The notes: a model not told the origin generated them from the sequence alone. A DNA stretch of 64,000 nucleotides from Macrostomum hystrix (GCA_950097015.1 CATNEN010000038.1:29078001-29142000), one strand, 5' to 3'. Counted from the stretch's first letter, positions 13,901 to 32,034 are shown. Program-made: numbers and translations.

Positions 13901-16900
13901 AGCCCTCACTGGCGGCTTGCCGCAGACGGTCTACACTCCGTCAGTTTTCGATCCGGACGCCGGTGTCAATGGCACTGTGACATACAGCTTGGTGTCACAA
14001 ACAGGCACCGCACCCGATGGCACGTCTGCAGCATTCAGCGTCGCCACGGCAACTGGCGCTATTGTGGCCGACAAGATGCCGGACAGGGAATTCCTGGAAA
14101 CATATTATCTGCTGGAGAAGGCCTGCGATGGCGGCAGTCCTAGTCTATGTTCCAGCAAGCTCTTCACTATTGTAATTGCTGGTGAGTAAACAACCTATAT
14201 TTCTCTTTATGGGTGAGTGACAGCGTTTTCCATTCACAGCAAATTAAGTTTACTGAGCTCAATTCTGAGCTGCGGCGAGTCTGCGAGTCATTTGGGGTGC
14301 AGCCGCGGAGAAACAAGGAGAGTTTGTGTACTGCCAGACGTTGAGATGGTAGTTGTGCACACCTGTTAGAGTGTGTGCCTCCGTACAGTATCTGCGTGCG
14401 TGTTCTTTTGGGGGTAAGCGGAGCGAGCAGTATTGCCTCTTCGCTGGCTGCGGGTTAAGGTTATCAAATGATTGGCCGACGCGCCGAGGTAACATCATTT
14501 GAGATCTGAGAAACTAATTTGAGAAAGGGTTTTTTGTCCATTACATTTTTATAATTTTGTACTTAATGAATCAGCAGGGATGAAGTTAAAAAATGATTAA
14601 CTTTCTTAATTATTGTAAATTGCGGGTCAGTCGCTAATCGGTTGACGCGTTGCCTCTCGCACCAAGGTCCATGAGCTCGATTCCGTGGCGAGGCCACATT
14701 CATTTGGGGCGCAGCCGCTGAGAGAAGGCTTGGAGGCTTGTCTTGCAACTTACGACACTGTGGGCCAACCTCCAAGGCACAGTGAAATTGTACGCTGCCT
14801 TAAAATGAAAAATTCAGGGCAGATGTACACCTTTTGTGTACGCCTGCGTGCAGTATCTGTTTGTGTGTGTGTGCTCAGGAGTCAAAGGAATGGGCAAAAT
14901 TGCCTCCTCGCTGGCTGCGGGTCTAGTGTCAACAAATGATGTGGCATTTCCCGCAGCCCTCCTGCAATTATTATTAATATTATTTTCATTGCAAGTGCAT
15001 TTCTAAATGCAGTCTCGGAAAGTTATATTATTCTGCTTCTAGCAATGCTGGTGCCGAGACATGCCTGAATTGTTTTAGTAGGCTGTTCAGCTCTGCGCTG
15101 TGTATTCGTATGCCACTTTAATTCCTTGAAGAGTCTTCCTCGCCCCGCATCCATGAGGCGCATGATTCTCACGAGGCTGCTCATGTGATTTGCATTTGCG
15201 CGACAAAGGCGTGAATTAAATTTGTGAAGTGCCCGGGTCAGATGTCACCCCTGCAGAGCTGACTCTACGTACTTAATCTTTCGCTTCGCCGATTTAGCTG
15301 CTTGCAGTCACCTGAAAATGCGTTTAGTAAAGGGGATCTTGCAAGCACTAGATGGATTTGCTTGCGCACAGGGCAGGGCCTCGATGGAAATTAATCCCCA
15401 GGATTCAGCCAGCAGCAGCAGCCTAAAAATCCTCATTCAGTATGCAGTTAGCAACACTTGCTTTCCCACGCGAACACCTGTGCAGAGAAACTCTGTGCTG
15501 GCAATATATTTCTTTAGCAAAATTGGATTGCATCTTAAAGTACAATCGGTCTGCAGTGTGAGTCAATCTTTAGCCATTGCTTTCTTCATCCTCTCTCCCT
15601 CGTGGCAAACTGCAAGCTATACAATACACTCTTTTCATGCCAGTCAGACCTGCATGTGTGCTCTGGCTCACAAGCAATTTTTTCGTATTTTTTCATAAAA
15701 TTTCCTATGTGTTCGTGCTGCTGTGAGTTCGCTGCTCAAAGTGGCGATGTCTGCCGTCCGCTCGTTTGTGTGCAAATATGGCACCCCACTCTAATCAGCT
15801 ATGCAGTCCTCCTGGGACTACCGACAGCTCCCAAACACGTGGCCAGAGTTGGCGATGAGGTAAACAAGGGTAAAGACTGTATGGAGATCAATAGCAAAGC
15901 GGCGACACCATGTGTGTTGAGGGATACACACTGAATTATAACATTGAGTTAATATTTTCAGACCCATCACTCTGCCGAATAAATCGAAAATCAATCCTCT
16001 AGTTTATAATTTTCAGATGTCAACGACAATACGCCAAACTTTGGCGCCTGTCCGAAAGAGGCCACAGTGTATGAAAATGAGCCGGCAAACACACTGGTTG
16101 CAACTATCATTGCCACTGACAGAGACAAGGATGCTAACGCTCAGATTAGTCTCTACTCGCTCGTCACCGCGGATGGCGGAGCTTCCAGTCCAGGAGGAAA
16201 ATTCACGGGTAATGATTATCGTGACATGATGTCATGGTAAGGGGTGGATGGCAGGGGTTGCATGGTTTCGTGTCCCTAAGCTCCTAAGACCTAAAGTTTT
16301 GTTGATTTGTATTTTGGCCTACACCCAAGACCCAGTCGTTGAAAAAATCAGGGTATATATAAATGAGCGTACACACCTGTATGAGTAGGGGCCTGAGTAA
16401 CATATGAGTGTGAGTCAGTTCCAGGGTCAGCGGAATGGACAGAATTACTTCCTTGTTTGCTGCCGGTGAAATTTCGCTCCCTGAAATCAGATTTCTGGGA
16501 TTCATGTGCATAAAATCTCTTCGTCAATACAATTTTTTAGTTGACGCCAATGGAAATATCAAAACATTGGCTGCACTCGATCGTGAGGCAAAGGGTGTTT
16601 GCGGACAATGGCAGTCCAACTAAGAACACAGGCTCCTGCCTTCTCAACATCACCATTCTGGATAGAAACGACAATTCGCCAGTGTTTGGCGGACTTCCAA
16701 TTACCGCTTGGGTTTCCGAGGATGCACCCGGTGGCACTGTGTTCCACACTGTCTCAGTCACCGATGCAGACATTGGTGTCAACGCGGAGTTTACCTTCAG
16801 CATTATCGGCTTCACGCCAGCCAATAGCTTTATTATTAACAATGCTGGCCAGTTGTCCCTGTTCACTAGCGGCCTGCTAGATCGAGAGACACACCCGTCC

Positions 16901-19900
16901 TACAACATCACTGTTCTGGTATCGGACAGGGGCACAGCCGACGGAGTGCGGACCGCCACGGCTACTGTGAGCATCAACATTGGCGATGTAAACGATAACA
17001 CACCGACGTTTGGCACTGTCCCAGTGATGCGAAGTGTTCCAGAAAATAGCGTCGTCGATTTCAATGTCGGCGCACCGGTGCTAGCCGGCGATCCGGACGC
17101 TGGCGAGAACGCCTCGCTAACCTACAAAGTTGATGCCATCTTGGTGCCAACAAGTGGTGGCGACTACTTTAAAATCCATCCAACTAGTGGTGAGATTGAT
17201 TCGGTTCTAAATCTAAACAAAGTTGCTAAATTATTTTTTCAAGCTTTTGTTGCGTCGGTAAGAGTGCATTTTCTACTTAGATATTCAGATCGTCCTTATC
17301 CTAGTTAGGACATATCCGAGTCAGTGACACAAGGCTTTCAAATGCTGCGTACAGCTATTCGTCCAAGGACCAGCCACCAAACCCACCCCAGCTAATGCTA
17401 CAGCAATCCATTCTACCTTTGGGTGAACTGTAAGCACTAGGCAATTGTGTTTCGCTAAAGGACACAAATTATTTACACCAGGCTAATATTCGAACTCAAG
17501 ACCTCTCAATCGTAGCTCTAACCGTAGGGCTCCTAGCTTCCACGTTTCAGAGAACATTTTTCTGAAACTTTTTGGGTCCAAACGAATTCACAGGACAAAT
17601 TCAAGTGAAAGTTGCCGCGCTGGATCGAGAAACCTGGGACACATATCAGCTGCGCTTGCTGGCTGTAGACAATGGTCGAGCAATCACAAGGACTGGTAGT
17701 TGCACCATTACCATCATTATCACGGACGTGAATGACAACCCGCCAGTGTTCACAGCTAGCTATGAAACTGGAGTCTCAGTCGTTGAAAATTCACCACCAG
17801 GGACGAAGATAATCACTATGACAACAACCGACCGGGACATTGGCGACAATGCTGTCGCACTCTATAGAATCGATACTACTAGGCTGAATGGAACATTGGC
17901 TGCTACTTATTTTCAGGTAATGTGCTTTGCTTCGCATCTCGAGTTAAGTTCTTTTTAATCCGAATTCGAATAGCTTTTTTCAAATGCACCCTCAACAGTT
18001 GAATGCCACTACCGGAGACCTCACTGTAAGAACAGCCATTGATAGAGAGGCCTACGCTTCAATAGAATTCTACGTCATCGCCGAGGACAAGGGTAGTCCA
18101 GTGCTGTCCGCGTCGGCGCGAGTTGTCGTCAATGTCATCGATGTAAATGATAATCTTCCAGTTTTCGCTAGATCATTCATTAGCACCGAAATGGCTTACA
18201 AGTGAGTAACCCTTCCAGCTTGCATGGGCCTGATTCCGGACAAGGCACAAGTTTGTCTGGGAAGCCGGGCATTTTTATTGCTTCATCCAACTCACGCAAA
18301 CCTTTGGGGATCAGCACCGCACAATACTGGCTCAAGCTGACGATCAGCAAGCGAAATCCCTGTTCCCAAATAGCTTACTCCCTTAAGCAAACGTGCAAGA
18401 TCTGAAGTTTTCAATGCCTATCCGCTGTTTTATTTGTCTCTGCCTGCTACGAGTAATTTACATTCAAGCAGCCAAAAAGATATCAAGCCTGTCTTTGCGG
18501 AAGCGCGCTTATAGATTCTTTTATATATGAGCGAAATGTATATAATATAGGTATACAAAGAAGTACAGTGGCACTTAGTCCCATAGACTATTAGGAACCA
18601 TAGACTAATTTTGTAGTTAGCCTACGCGTGTTGAAACGATCAGGTTGAAACTTACGGCAGCCCACCCTCTGTTTTCTATAGTCGAATTCCATCGATATGC
18701 ACAGCGGGCGGCCCGTGAAACGCGTTTCACGCCCGCTAACTACAAGGCGACCGTTAGTTAGCGCTACGCGCCTCGACGTTTTACCTCATTTCAGCCCTCA
18801 GCGGCCTATCAGCAATATTAGTATATTGAAATCAAAAGTCCGTCAATAATTGACTATAATTATTCAGCATAGCAAATACGCAACAGTCTCATTTTTCAAG
18901 CGTAAGCTTCTTGTAGAAATATGTACATGTTGCCGACAAAAAGTACCTCATCTTTCATCTTATCTTCTTATATTCTACCTATCCACCTTATCTTTTAAAT
19001 CTTCCACTTTACGAGCTATAAGTTGGAATGCATTTTCTGCTTCAATATTCTACTTTTCTGAAAGACTCTTCAACAAATCCTAAATATCCTTCTTGGCTGG
19101 TCAATTTCCTCTCTTCCTGTCATGCGCTAATCCTGTGCCTCCTGCCTCATCAAGCCTGTATGCGCGGCGAAAGTCATCACTTGGGCGCTCCGTAGCACTC
19201 CTCATGCCGAAATTTCCTGCCCTGCCATCCGATGTGATCAGTTGCCATTCAATATTTGGGACGAGACAGGGGCTTTTCGATTGAGAGCTAACTAGTAGGT
19301 ATATAAAATATACTTGAGGAGAAGCCAGCAACGGTACCTCTCTCTTCACCGTCTCTCTCCTTTTCTCTTTCCGATAAGGATGTATATTAATGCTTAGATT
19401 AATAATACATGCGCCAGATATTGGAAGAAGCCGGGAAGCAGACTAAATCATAGCTTCCCCCAGATTCCAGTTCACCCATCTCTGCCTGTCGTCTCTAGAT
19501 TCTGCGCTGAGGGTAGGCCAGCAAAGGAAGTGCGCTCCATGTGGCCATAACGGTGGGACCGCGAGTAGAGCCTTGCAGACAGAAGCAAAAACTGAGGGAA
19601 GAAAGAAGACCAAGAAAAGGAAGCTATTTTGCTCGGACACAGGCTCATTTGGGGTCTAGTAAACCCACCGTTAGGCAATATAAAGTGATACGGCAGAAGC
19701 AGTACTATGCTCATTTTTCCTAACCGTCATCTGGAGTGAGCTAGGTCAGGATAATTGGTTAGAGTTGCTAGTACGGAAGCATTCAGGCAAGGGTGATTGC
19801 TTCGAAATCTCCTATTCGCCTAATTCAACAGGCCTCTCTTTGGCTAGAATTTGTTTGCATCAGTCAATGAAATCTTAGGAAGCTTAGACAAAACAAATTT

Positions 19901-22900
19901 ACAGGGTAAGGATAAAAGTACAAAGTACAAGATATGCACCGTTCAAAAGTAACAAAAAAAAATTTTTATTTGTTACTCGCAGTATGTCATCTCACCTGCC
20001 CCAATTTGGGCCAGATATGCAGCTGACAGCGGGATGCATGCATCCGTAGGCTGCGTACGGCTGTTCAGTCCATGGACTGGGGGACCCCACACCCACAATC
20101 AACAACCCGGCTATTGCATGGTACCCAATACACAACAGGGTGAATTGAAGCAATGCAAAGTTAATTGTCTTGCTAAGGCACACACATTGATCCAATGCAC
20201 TCGTGCATAAACCCTAGAACAATTAGATAACTCCTGAGTTATTAAAAGTACTCTTCAATAAGTACGTTTAAAATTATCAAAACGTAACACTAAAGCCTGC
20301 TTATTTTTTTTACAAATTCGTGATCGAGTAAACTGGCACGAATCCCTTTTTTAATTAGCGAGCAACGGACATCGCTGGCTTTGGCCACATTCTCGGCCAC
20401 AGATAGAGACGCCACTGGATCAGCAGTGCGCTACAACTGGGGCTCCCTAAGCAGCAATTTTGTCATCGGCCAGCTGACCGGCATCGTTAGTCCGGCCTAC
20501 GGTCAGAGCAGCGACCGCTATATCAAATATATACAATATCCTGTGGCAATCGACTCTGGTACTCCCGCAGCAACGTCCACAGCAACAGTTCGAGTCGACA
20601 CCTTTGACCCGACAGATACAGCAGTATGCATCACCTATGCCCTGCTGGAGTCAGGTTTCATAGCCAAGCAGGCGGCAATCCAGGCCTCGCTAGCTGAGAC
20701 CATTCAGTTTAAGTACGCGACTTGCAGGTGCGGCACTTGGAAGTACACAGCGCAGAGGTACGTCACGATGGCATGAAAGAACATGAGCACTCATTGCTTA
20801 GAGTCGCGATTTAAAAACGCGCGTGTTTAATCGACCTGCAACTAGACGAAAAAAATTTGACTTGACTTACAAAAGAAATTCTTAATCCTACGACACAGTT
20901 TTTTAAGAGCTTTCCGTCTTTGCGTGCTTCAGTTTTAATTTGAAACCTTCACTTTCAATTTGAATCATCTCATCCTTTAATTTATAGCTCTTACATTTTC
21001 AGTTTTTTTGGGGTCTTGAGTTTTTTGGGCTTCTTTAGCGCGCAAAGAACCTTTTTATGAGGGAATATGAGCTATACAAGAATGCTTCTTTCTGGACAAA
21101 ACTTTTCGATTCCTGAAGCTTCATGATCTCTCGTGTTCTCATCGGATTGTCATTTATATGATTTGACTCTAGCAGTGCTCAGAGCCTCAACAGTAGAAAG
21201 AGCGCGGGGTATTTCAAATACACACATTTTTTCTGTATCTCATAACATATTCAACCAATCGGCATAAAAATCTCGAGCGCGGGCTAAAAGTTTCCGCTCC
21301 ACCCGATGAAATGGCTTCCAGAATAAAAAGTCATCGGCTTCGTTGAGATGCTCAATTATTCTCGTCGGGGTGTCTGTAGGCAAAAATCACCATTAATTGT
21401 CCTTTTTCAACGGGGCATTCATCAAGAATCGCTGAATATCTCGACGATTCTGACGTCAGTCAGCTTTGAAAGTTATCGTAAAGGGTGGAAAGATACATAT
21501 GGTGGACTTTCACGAAAATCTGACATTCGATTTCAGAGCTATCGTGAATTAGGCACTGGTCCCTAGTAGCGTGGAGTTTCCTCTGTTATTAATGAACAAA
21601 TTTCATTTTTCCCTTTTCCAGTTCCCAGGTGACAGCTTGTCACTACTGCGTACAAAATAATAGCACAGACTCAGCCTCTGGCCTGCCACTAACCAAGGAT
21701 TTTGTAACCCAATCTGATCTGCTCATCTTTTGGCGACTGAGAGCTGATGGCACTCCGACAGCCATGCTGCAAACTGCCGCATTTTCCGCCGCTACTGTGG
21801 TCAAGGTTGAAGGGTAAGCCGTCAAATCGCGAAGGTCAGCTTGATAAAACGGATTTAGAAAACTCCTGATGTACTTTTTCAAATAAAAAAATACCCGGCT
21901 TCCATTATTAAAATCCATTAAGAGAAAAAATTGGAGCCCCAATCCTCTCTCAATAATTTGAAAAATTGAAAGGATTAAAAAAATGTATAAATTTTGTGAC
22001 CTAAAAAATGAGTACCTTCGAAAATCATTCATAACTAGTTCCCTCAACTCAGGGCAGCTTTAAAATAACGAACATTATTTTCTAATTTTCTAACTGGACA
22101 TTCGGCAATGGCACAATAAAACTTATTCAGTGTGTTTTTTGTTAAAATGACGTTAGAAAAAACGCCGCCTATAAATCGGGTTTCAACCGAGAGCGGATAA
22201 GTTTGCTTTTTTTGTCGCTGCTCAGGCCATAAATAATTTCCTAAGATATAGAACTTGAACTAACGATGCTAAGCATAAATCAGTTTCCTAATTCTAGAAC
22301 AACTTTGTTGACATGCGATACATGAAAGATGGAGAAAGATATTCTTGATTACACTAGCAAAATTATATTTGCATTTTTTGAAAGAACTAAGAATAGTAAT
22401 TCTGTTCTCCTTTATACTTTTACAAATGACTTTTCGGAGTATCAAATTTCAAATTGTAGCTTGCACTTACTTGGCATTCAATGTACTCATTTCCAGAGCA
22501 CCACACTATGGTGAAGAAGAAAAATCTAACTTTCAACGTATCGATTCAAAATTCCAGTCAGCCAACGAGCAGAATTGTTTTTATTTTTAAATGCAAAAAT
22601 GAAAGACACAAAATGCATGCACATTCTTGAATTATCCCACAATCATTATTTCATATATGATCTCTAAAATTAATAAATTTATTCAATCATCAGTTACGCA
22701 GCTGCGACTGCGGCACAGACTGCATGGTACCAGACACCCTGGGGCATAGCGGTACTGGCTATGGCTAGCCTCATGCTGGCTTCTCTTGTAGCACTGAGTA
22801 TTTGGGCTTTGGTGAGCAAGCTAACGTCAACTCCAGCCCATGCCACCGCTGCTAGCTACGCCAAAGAGGCGCCGAAACTCAAGCATCCACCAGCGGCACA

Positions 22901-23220
22901 ACCGAAGGCTACTCCAGTATGTATAGAAAACAATTGTTTTTTAGTAACCTGAAAACGACCACATTCTTAGGTTTTGTTTTATTTCTAGTTTAGCAAATAA
23001 GTATTTATTCAAATCATATCCTGTATATTAAATCATATTATTATCTTTCCGTGCTTTTCAATAATTTAAGAACAAGAACCTAAATGTCTATCGCGACTTG
23101 GATCCGTGGAGCAAACAAAATAATCAGACCAACAAAAGCAACCCACAAAAGAACAGCGACGAGAAAAACTCATGGCGGCACGACCGCACATCGGAACGAC
23201 AACCGACGCCTGTAGGCTGA
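1962..23220 (+). CDS. Giant non-classical cadherin, paralogue A (28 exons, ~20 EC repeats, membrane-adjacent domain, TM, short tail); frameshift in exon 22, so possibly a null allele or pseudogene
   Basis: Signal exon 1962-2022 (MVKSIKFLLLCLLVYRPDGI). Further exons start at about 2657, 3383, 3716, 4382, 5375, 5723, 6295, 7162, 8277, 8611, 8854, 9000, 9269, 9745, 10559, 11457, 12259, 13012, 13888, 16017, 16541, 17593, 17999, 20359, 21622, 22693 and 23071. Repeated PE/xE, LDYE/LDRE, DxD and DxNDN cadherin motifs; TM WYQTPWGIAVLAMASLMLASLVALSIWALV; stop TGA ending 23220. Confidence 0.9.
3021..3378 (-). mobile_element. tRNA-derived SINE family 1, full-length copy
   Basis: Reverse-complement of the family: A/B-box head, CTGACGATGAGAAAGTCAGG core, GCAGCCCTCCTGCAA end and (TTA)n tail. 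Confidence 0.85.
4875..5340 (+). repeat. Intronic minisatellite, 26-bp unit (CAGCAACAGAGAACCAATGTCCTCCC), ~18 copies
   Basis: Tandem units seen directly; overlapping ORFs show 26-aa periodicity (3 x 26 nt). Confidence 0.95.
5959..6230. repeat. GC-rich intronic insertion with ~23-bp internal repeats (AAATCCCCGGxGGCGxCCTYC); probable truncated hAT-type MITE
   Basis: Starts CAGGGGCG; repeated units visible; right TIR and TSD not found. Confidence 0.5.
6600..6890 (+). mobile_element. SINE family 1, degenerate copy
   Basis: GGGGTGAGT head, GCAGCCGCAGAGAGAAGGCT motif, diverged core. Confidence 0.6.
7590..8188. mobile_element. MITE with ~100-bp imperfect TIRs (CCCTAGAAT...GAACCAAACCGAC)
   Basis: 7590-7700 is the inverted complement of ~8080-8188; same family at 26801-27395. 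Confidence 0.8.
11812..12200 (+). repeat. Degenerate ~20-bp minisatellite (GTCAGGGGAATAACTGGGGT)
   Basis: Tandem diverged units in a cadherin A intron. Confidence 0.85.
12683..12955 (+). mobile_element. SINE family 1, 5'-truncated copy
   Basis: GGTCCCTGAGCTCGATTCCGCGGCGAGGCCAC B-box region and family body. Confidence 0.75.
13311..13800. mobile_element. Interspersed non-autonomous repeat (TAGCTCCC family), degenerate
   Basis: Shares blocks (GGGGTATTT..., TTTTCTGTAT..., TCTCGTCGGGGTGT) with 21190-21570, 35770-36170, 59553-60050 and 61390-61757. Confidence 0.6.
14211..14985 (+). mobile_element. Two SINE family 1 copies (degenerate 14211-14480; near full-length 14622-14985)
   Basis: Family head, body and GCAGCCCTCCTGCAATTATTATT tail. 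Confidence 0.8.
17280..17530 (-). mobile_element. Old tRNA-derived SINE of a different family (V/Meta-domain-like core)
   Basis: Reverse strand: GAGTTCGAAT B-box, TGTGTCCTTTAGCGAAACAC, CACCCAAAGGTAGAATGG and GGATAAGGACGAT motifs resembling conserved SINE central domains (recalled similarity, not searched). Confidence 0.45.
18850..19900 (-). mobile_element. Possible decayed non-LTR retrotransposon fragment
   Basis: ORF 19101-19349 contains RPSDDFRRAYRLDEAGGTGL, similar to the HPxSDxxRLYxxRxxGGxGL post-RT motif; remainder broken. Confidence 0.3.
21190..21570. mobile_element. TAGCTCCC-family interspersed repeat copy
   Basis: Homologous blocks to 13311-13800 and 59553-60050. Confidence 0.6.
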
Positions 23221-24419
23221 TGGACTCGATTAAGTCGATGATGGACCCATTTTTTCGAAATTTTACAATTACATTTTTTCAACCAGCTTCAGGATTTTCG
23301 ACGTAAACAATTACGATTATTTATCACGGCATAGCAACTGACAACACGAAATGCTCAATAATCAAATGGCTCGTTGTAAAGGAAACTTATCCAGAACGAC
23401 TTAAATTTTGGTTTACTGACATACCATACCGGTTTCGTAATTAATTTTGGTTTCTTTTGTACGAGATTGTTGACTTGTCGTGATCAAACGTAAGGGACAG
23501 CTTTGTACTTTCTATACAATCAATATTTACGCTCGTATATGACAATTTTTTCGTCTTTAGAGTTCCATGCTCACTTGTATGCTATCTAGATGCACTGTGC
23601 TACTACGTAGACTAAACCGCTTGCACGAAACAATTTTTTACGACTGTCCTAGTATAAATTTTAGTGAAACAATAAATGTTTATAATTACATTTAACATGT
23701 AGCTTTAATCTTTTTTTCATTTCAACATCACATCTCTAAGAATATTTAGACAAACAAATTAATTCATTGATTATTTGATTGCGTGCATTTAGATCTGTCA
23801 GCCTGTGTGAGTGATATCCTAATTTCAATAAGCAAAGAAAATCCGAATTCATTTGTATTTTTGTTATAATTAAAATAGATAATATCATATGGATTATATA
23901 GTTATGCAACACCCTGCTATACAAGACAATCTTGGTCCTTGGACTGAACTACCAATCTTATTTGTACGACAGAATACTGAAATACAGTACCTCAATCGTT
24001 CACAACGGCTATTAGTCAAATATATATGTTTTAAAGTAGCTTAGAGTTCAACAAAAAAATGAATTAAAAGAACAATGCTACACACGAAAACTGAAAAATA
24101 CTTCTTCACAAGTACAACAACAATTTAAAGCATTCGAGTTTTCATTTGCTTTAAGAAAATTCAAATGAAGCGAGAAATGATTTTTAACGTTCATCAGGTT
24201 TTCAGGCCAGGTTGATTTCTTCAAAAGATGCTGGGAGGCCATTCTTTAAAAGCGCCAACTAAGGATAATTATGAAAAATAAGATAATATTTGCGCTTATA
24301 TAGTTTGTTATAACTTATGCTCGATTAAACTAGACATTGGAAATATTGCTGTTATTCGGATGACTATTTGTTAAAATGAGGTCATGACTTTTTGAGTTAT
24401 CGATATTAACGCCAACGAT

Positions 24420-29670
<5,251 letters not shown>

Positions 29671-32034
29671 GATCTTGCAGAGTTTTGTAGGCAAGCACAC
29701 AGAGGGAGACTTACGGCATAGCGAAATTAATATCTGCCTTTTTACCTATTCTTGTTCCTGTTCTGGTGTGGGCTAAGGTAGGGACGCGATCCGCTTAAGG
29801 AAATTTGATGCCTTGGAAGAATGGCGATGGGTGTGCCTTGAAAGGGTGTGCTTTAGAAAAGCTGGAACGAGAGACAGATAGACAAGGGAAAGAGAATTTT
29901 TATCCCAACCAGACAGCCAATCGAAGCAATCGCACGTAGCTTTGCTCCGTCTTATCCTGACCCACTATTTTTTCATCCACCCATACTCAAAGCCTCCAAA
30001 ACTTCCTATTCGCCGCTCAGAGCTCCTTCCTCTTGAGCTCATACAAATTGGTCTCATTTTTCCTGCCCCACAGTTTCTACATGCATCGATTAAATTAGTC
30101 AATTTCAAGGGCGTTCGGCCCGCCTACTATTCACACTGTCAAGTTCAAGCGTGCAGTAAAATACTTTAGTCTATGATGCAATATTATTCGCAGCTCTGAT
30201 TGAAGCGAACACAAAATTTTGATGTAGATGAGGCAACATTATATAGATGTCTATGGTTTTAGTAAAGTAACGCGCAAGCTTTTGCATTTATAGAAAAGCG
30301 ATCTAGCAGTGAATTGGGTTTGACTAATAATAAAGTCTATGGCCAAGACTTTCATGCTAAACTGACCATAACTTTGGGGCGTAGAAATATTGAGCGTGCA
30401 CCAATATAAATTTTCATCCATCGCACCAATGCTTTATTTCTGCGAGAGCTGACTAAATCATTATTGCACGTTTTAACTGTCTCTGGGTATATGCGACCAA
30501 ATGTGTTTTTCAAACTAGAGAAATTATGCTAAATGGCCATAGAATAAAGCCACTAACGAACTTCGAGTTCTACCTTTTGTGACGTCTGCGCTTTAAGATG
30601 TCTATGGCCACTCTAGTCGCAGACTTTGACTTTCGGACTGTGATGCGTCCCCCCTTTTGCCCCAGACCGAAAGCTATAGTGTATACCCGCTAAGCAGCTG
30701 CAATACATTTCTTCAGATTGTGTTCGTTAGGCTTCGAGCCTGTGTATTCTCTTACGATTCAAATAAACGTGCTCTGACACAACGTGGACAAGAACACAAA
30801 ACCTTTGACCCATGTTTCGCGATTTTGTTAAAGTCTATGTCTATGGCACCAGAGTGCTCCGTGTCAATCACTGTCATCTCCGAGAGGTTTGTTGAAGGTG
30901 AATTCGCGAGGAAACCAATAATTTTAAGTAAAAAGTTAAAAAATTATTTTCTGAAAGTAAAACAAACACAAAAATACTGTCATATGTCATATAGCGCATA
31001 ATCTTTCCTTTTTCATCTGTATATAGGGCAATAGTACGGGAGAATATTGACGTCGGAACCTATTGGAGCGACCTTCTAAGGTTAAGAAAGAAAATTGTCT
31101 TGAATGGGATGAGTTCACGTCTGGCTTGGGGAAAAGCTTTGGAGCACACGCAAGTGGGTAAACTTTGAAGCGCTTTTTTAAAGAAGAAAGAGGAAAAGGC
31201 TAGAAAGCCAGCATTATTAGTATTATCGATGGTCAATACTTCCCATCTCATCGTCACCCCGTTTAGGCTAAGCAAAACTTTGAGGTGCAAAATCGTTACT
31301 CTCAAAAATTGGGCTTGCTCAATGAACAGAAAGTTTTATTTTCATCGTAAGTAATAAAACTGTACTTTCTTTCGCGTGTAGTAGTCAAGGAAAATGAATA
31401 ATTGAGAGAAAATCAATTGGCAAAGGGACAGATTACAATGACTGAGCTGGGCTTAAAAATACACCCTGGCTGTCTGTACGTACTAGGATTTTTTTGCGAA
31501 ACTAAGATACAATATGCTTTGCAACGCACTTACATCTGTCCGTTTGCACCCCGGCCCTTGAGTATCGATTTGTACTCTAAAGTAATGTATTTTTTCGTTT
31601 TTTTCAACTCGAATCTGTTTCCAAAGTTTGTTAAATTAAAAGTCCTAGATCGATCTTCAATCGCTTTATCCTACTAATTTCCCTTTTTATTGATTCAATT
31701 ATATAATCTACGGTGTAGAAAAGTTTTATTTAATAATGTGTCCATTCCGCTGCAAATTCACATTTTTCAAGGACAACAAGGTCAAAAACCTAATAGTCTA
31801 CTCCTAGTAGAGCCTAGTATTGCTTTTGTCGCGCTATGTGGAACAGTGGACATGCAAAATGGAACGGCCCATGGAATTCTGTCGCCAAGCGTTTGAATTC
31901 ACACGAGAAAGTAAGCCATAGACAACTCAATTTGTCATGCTATGTGGAACGATGAGCCAGAATAGAAGGAACGATTTTAGCTTTTCACAGAGACAACACG
32001 CTTTCATTTTCTTCGTTTGATCAGTTAAGCAATA

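Noticed and set aside
15300-15930. Possible LINE endonuclease/RT remnant (AVSNTCF motif)
   Set aside because: Only one weak motif; cannot be supported without a search.
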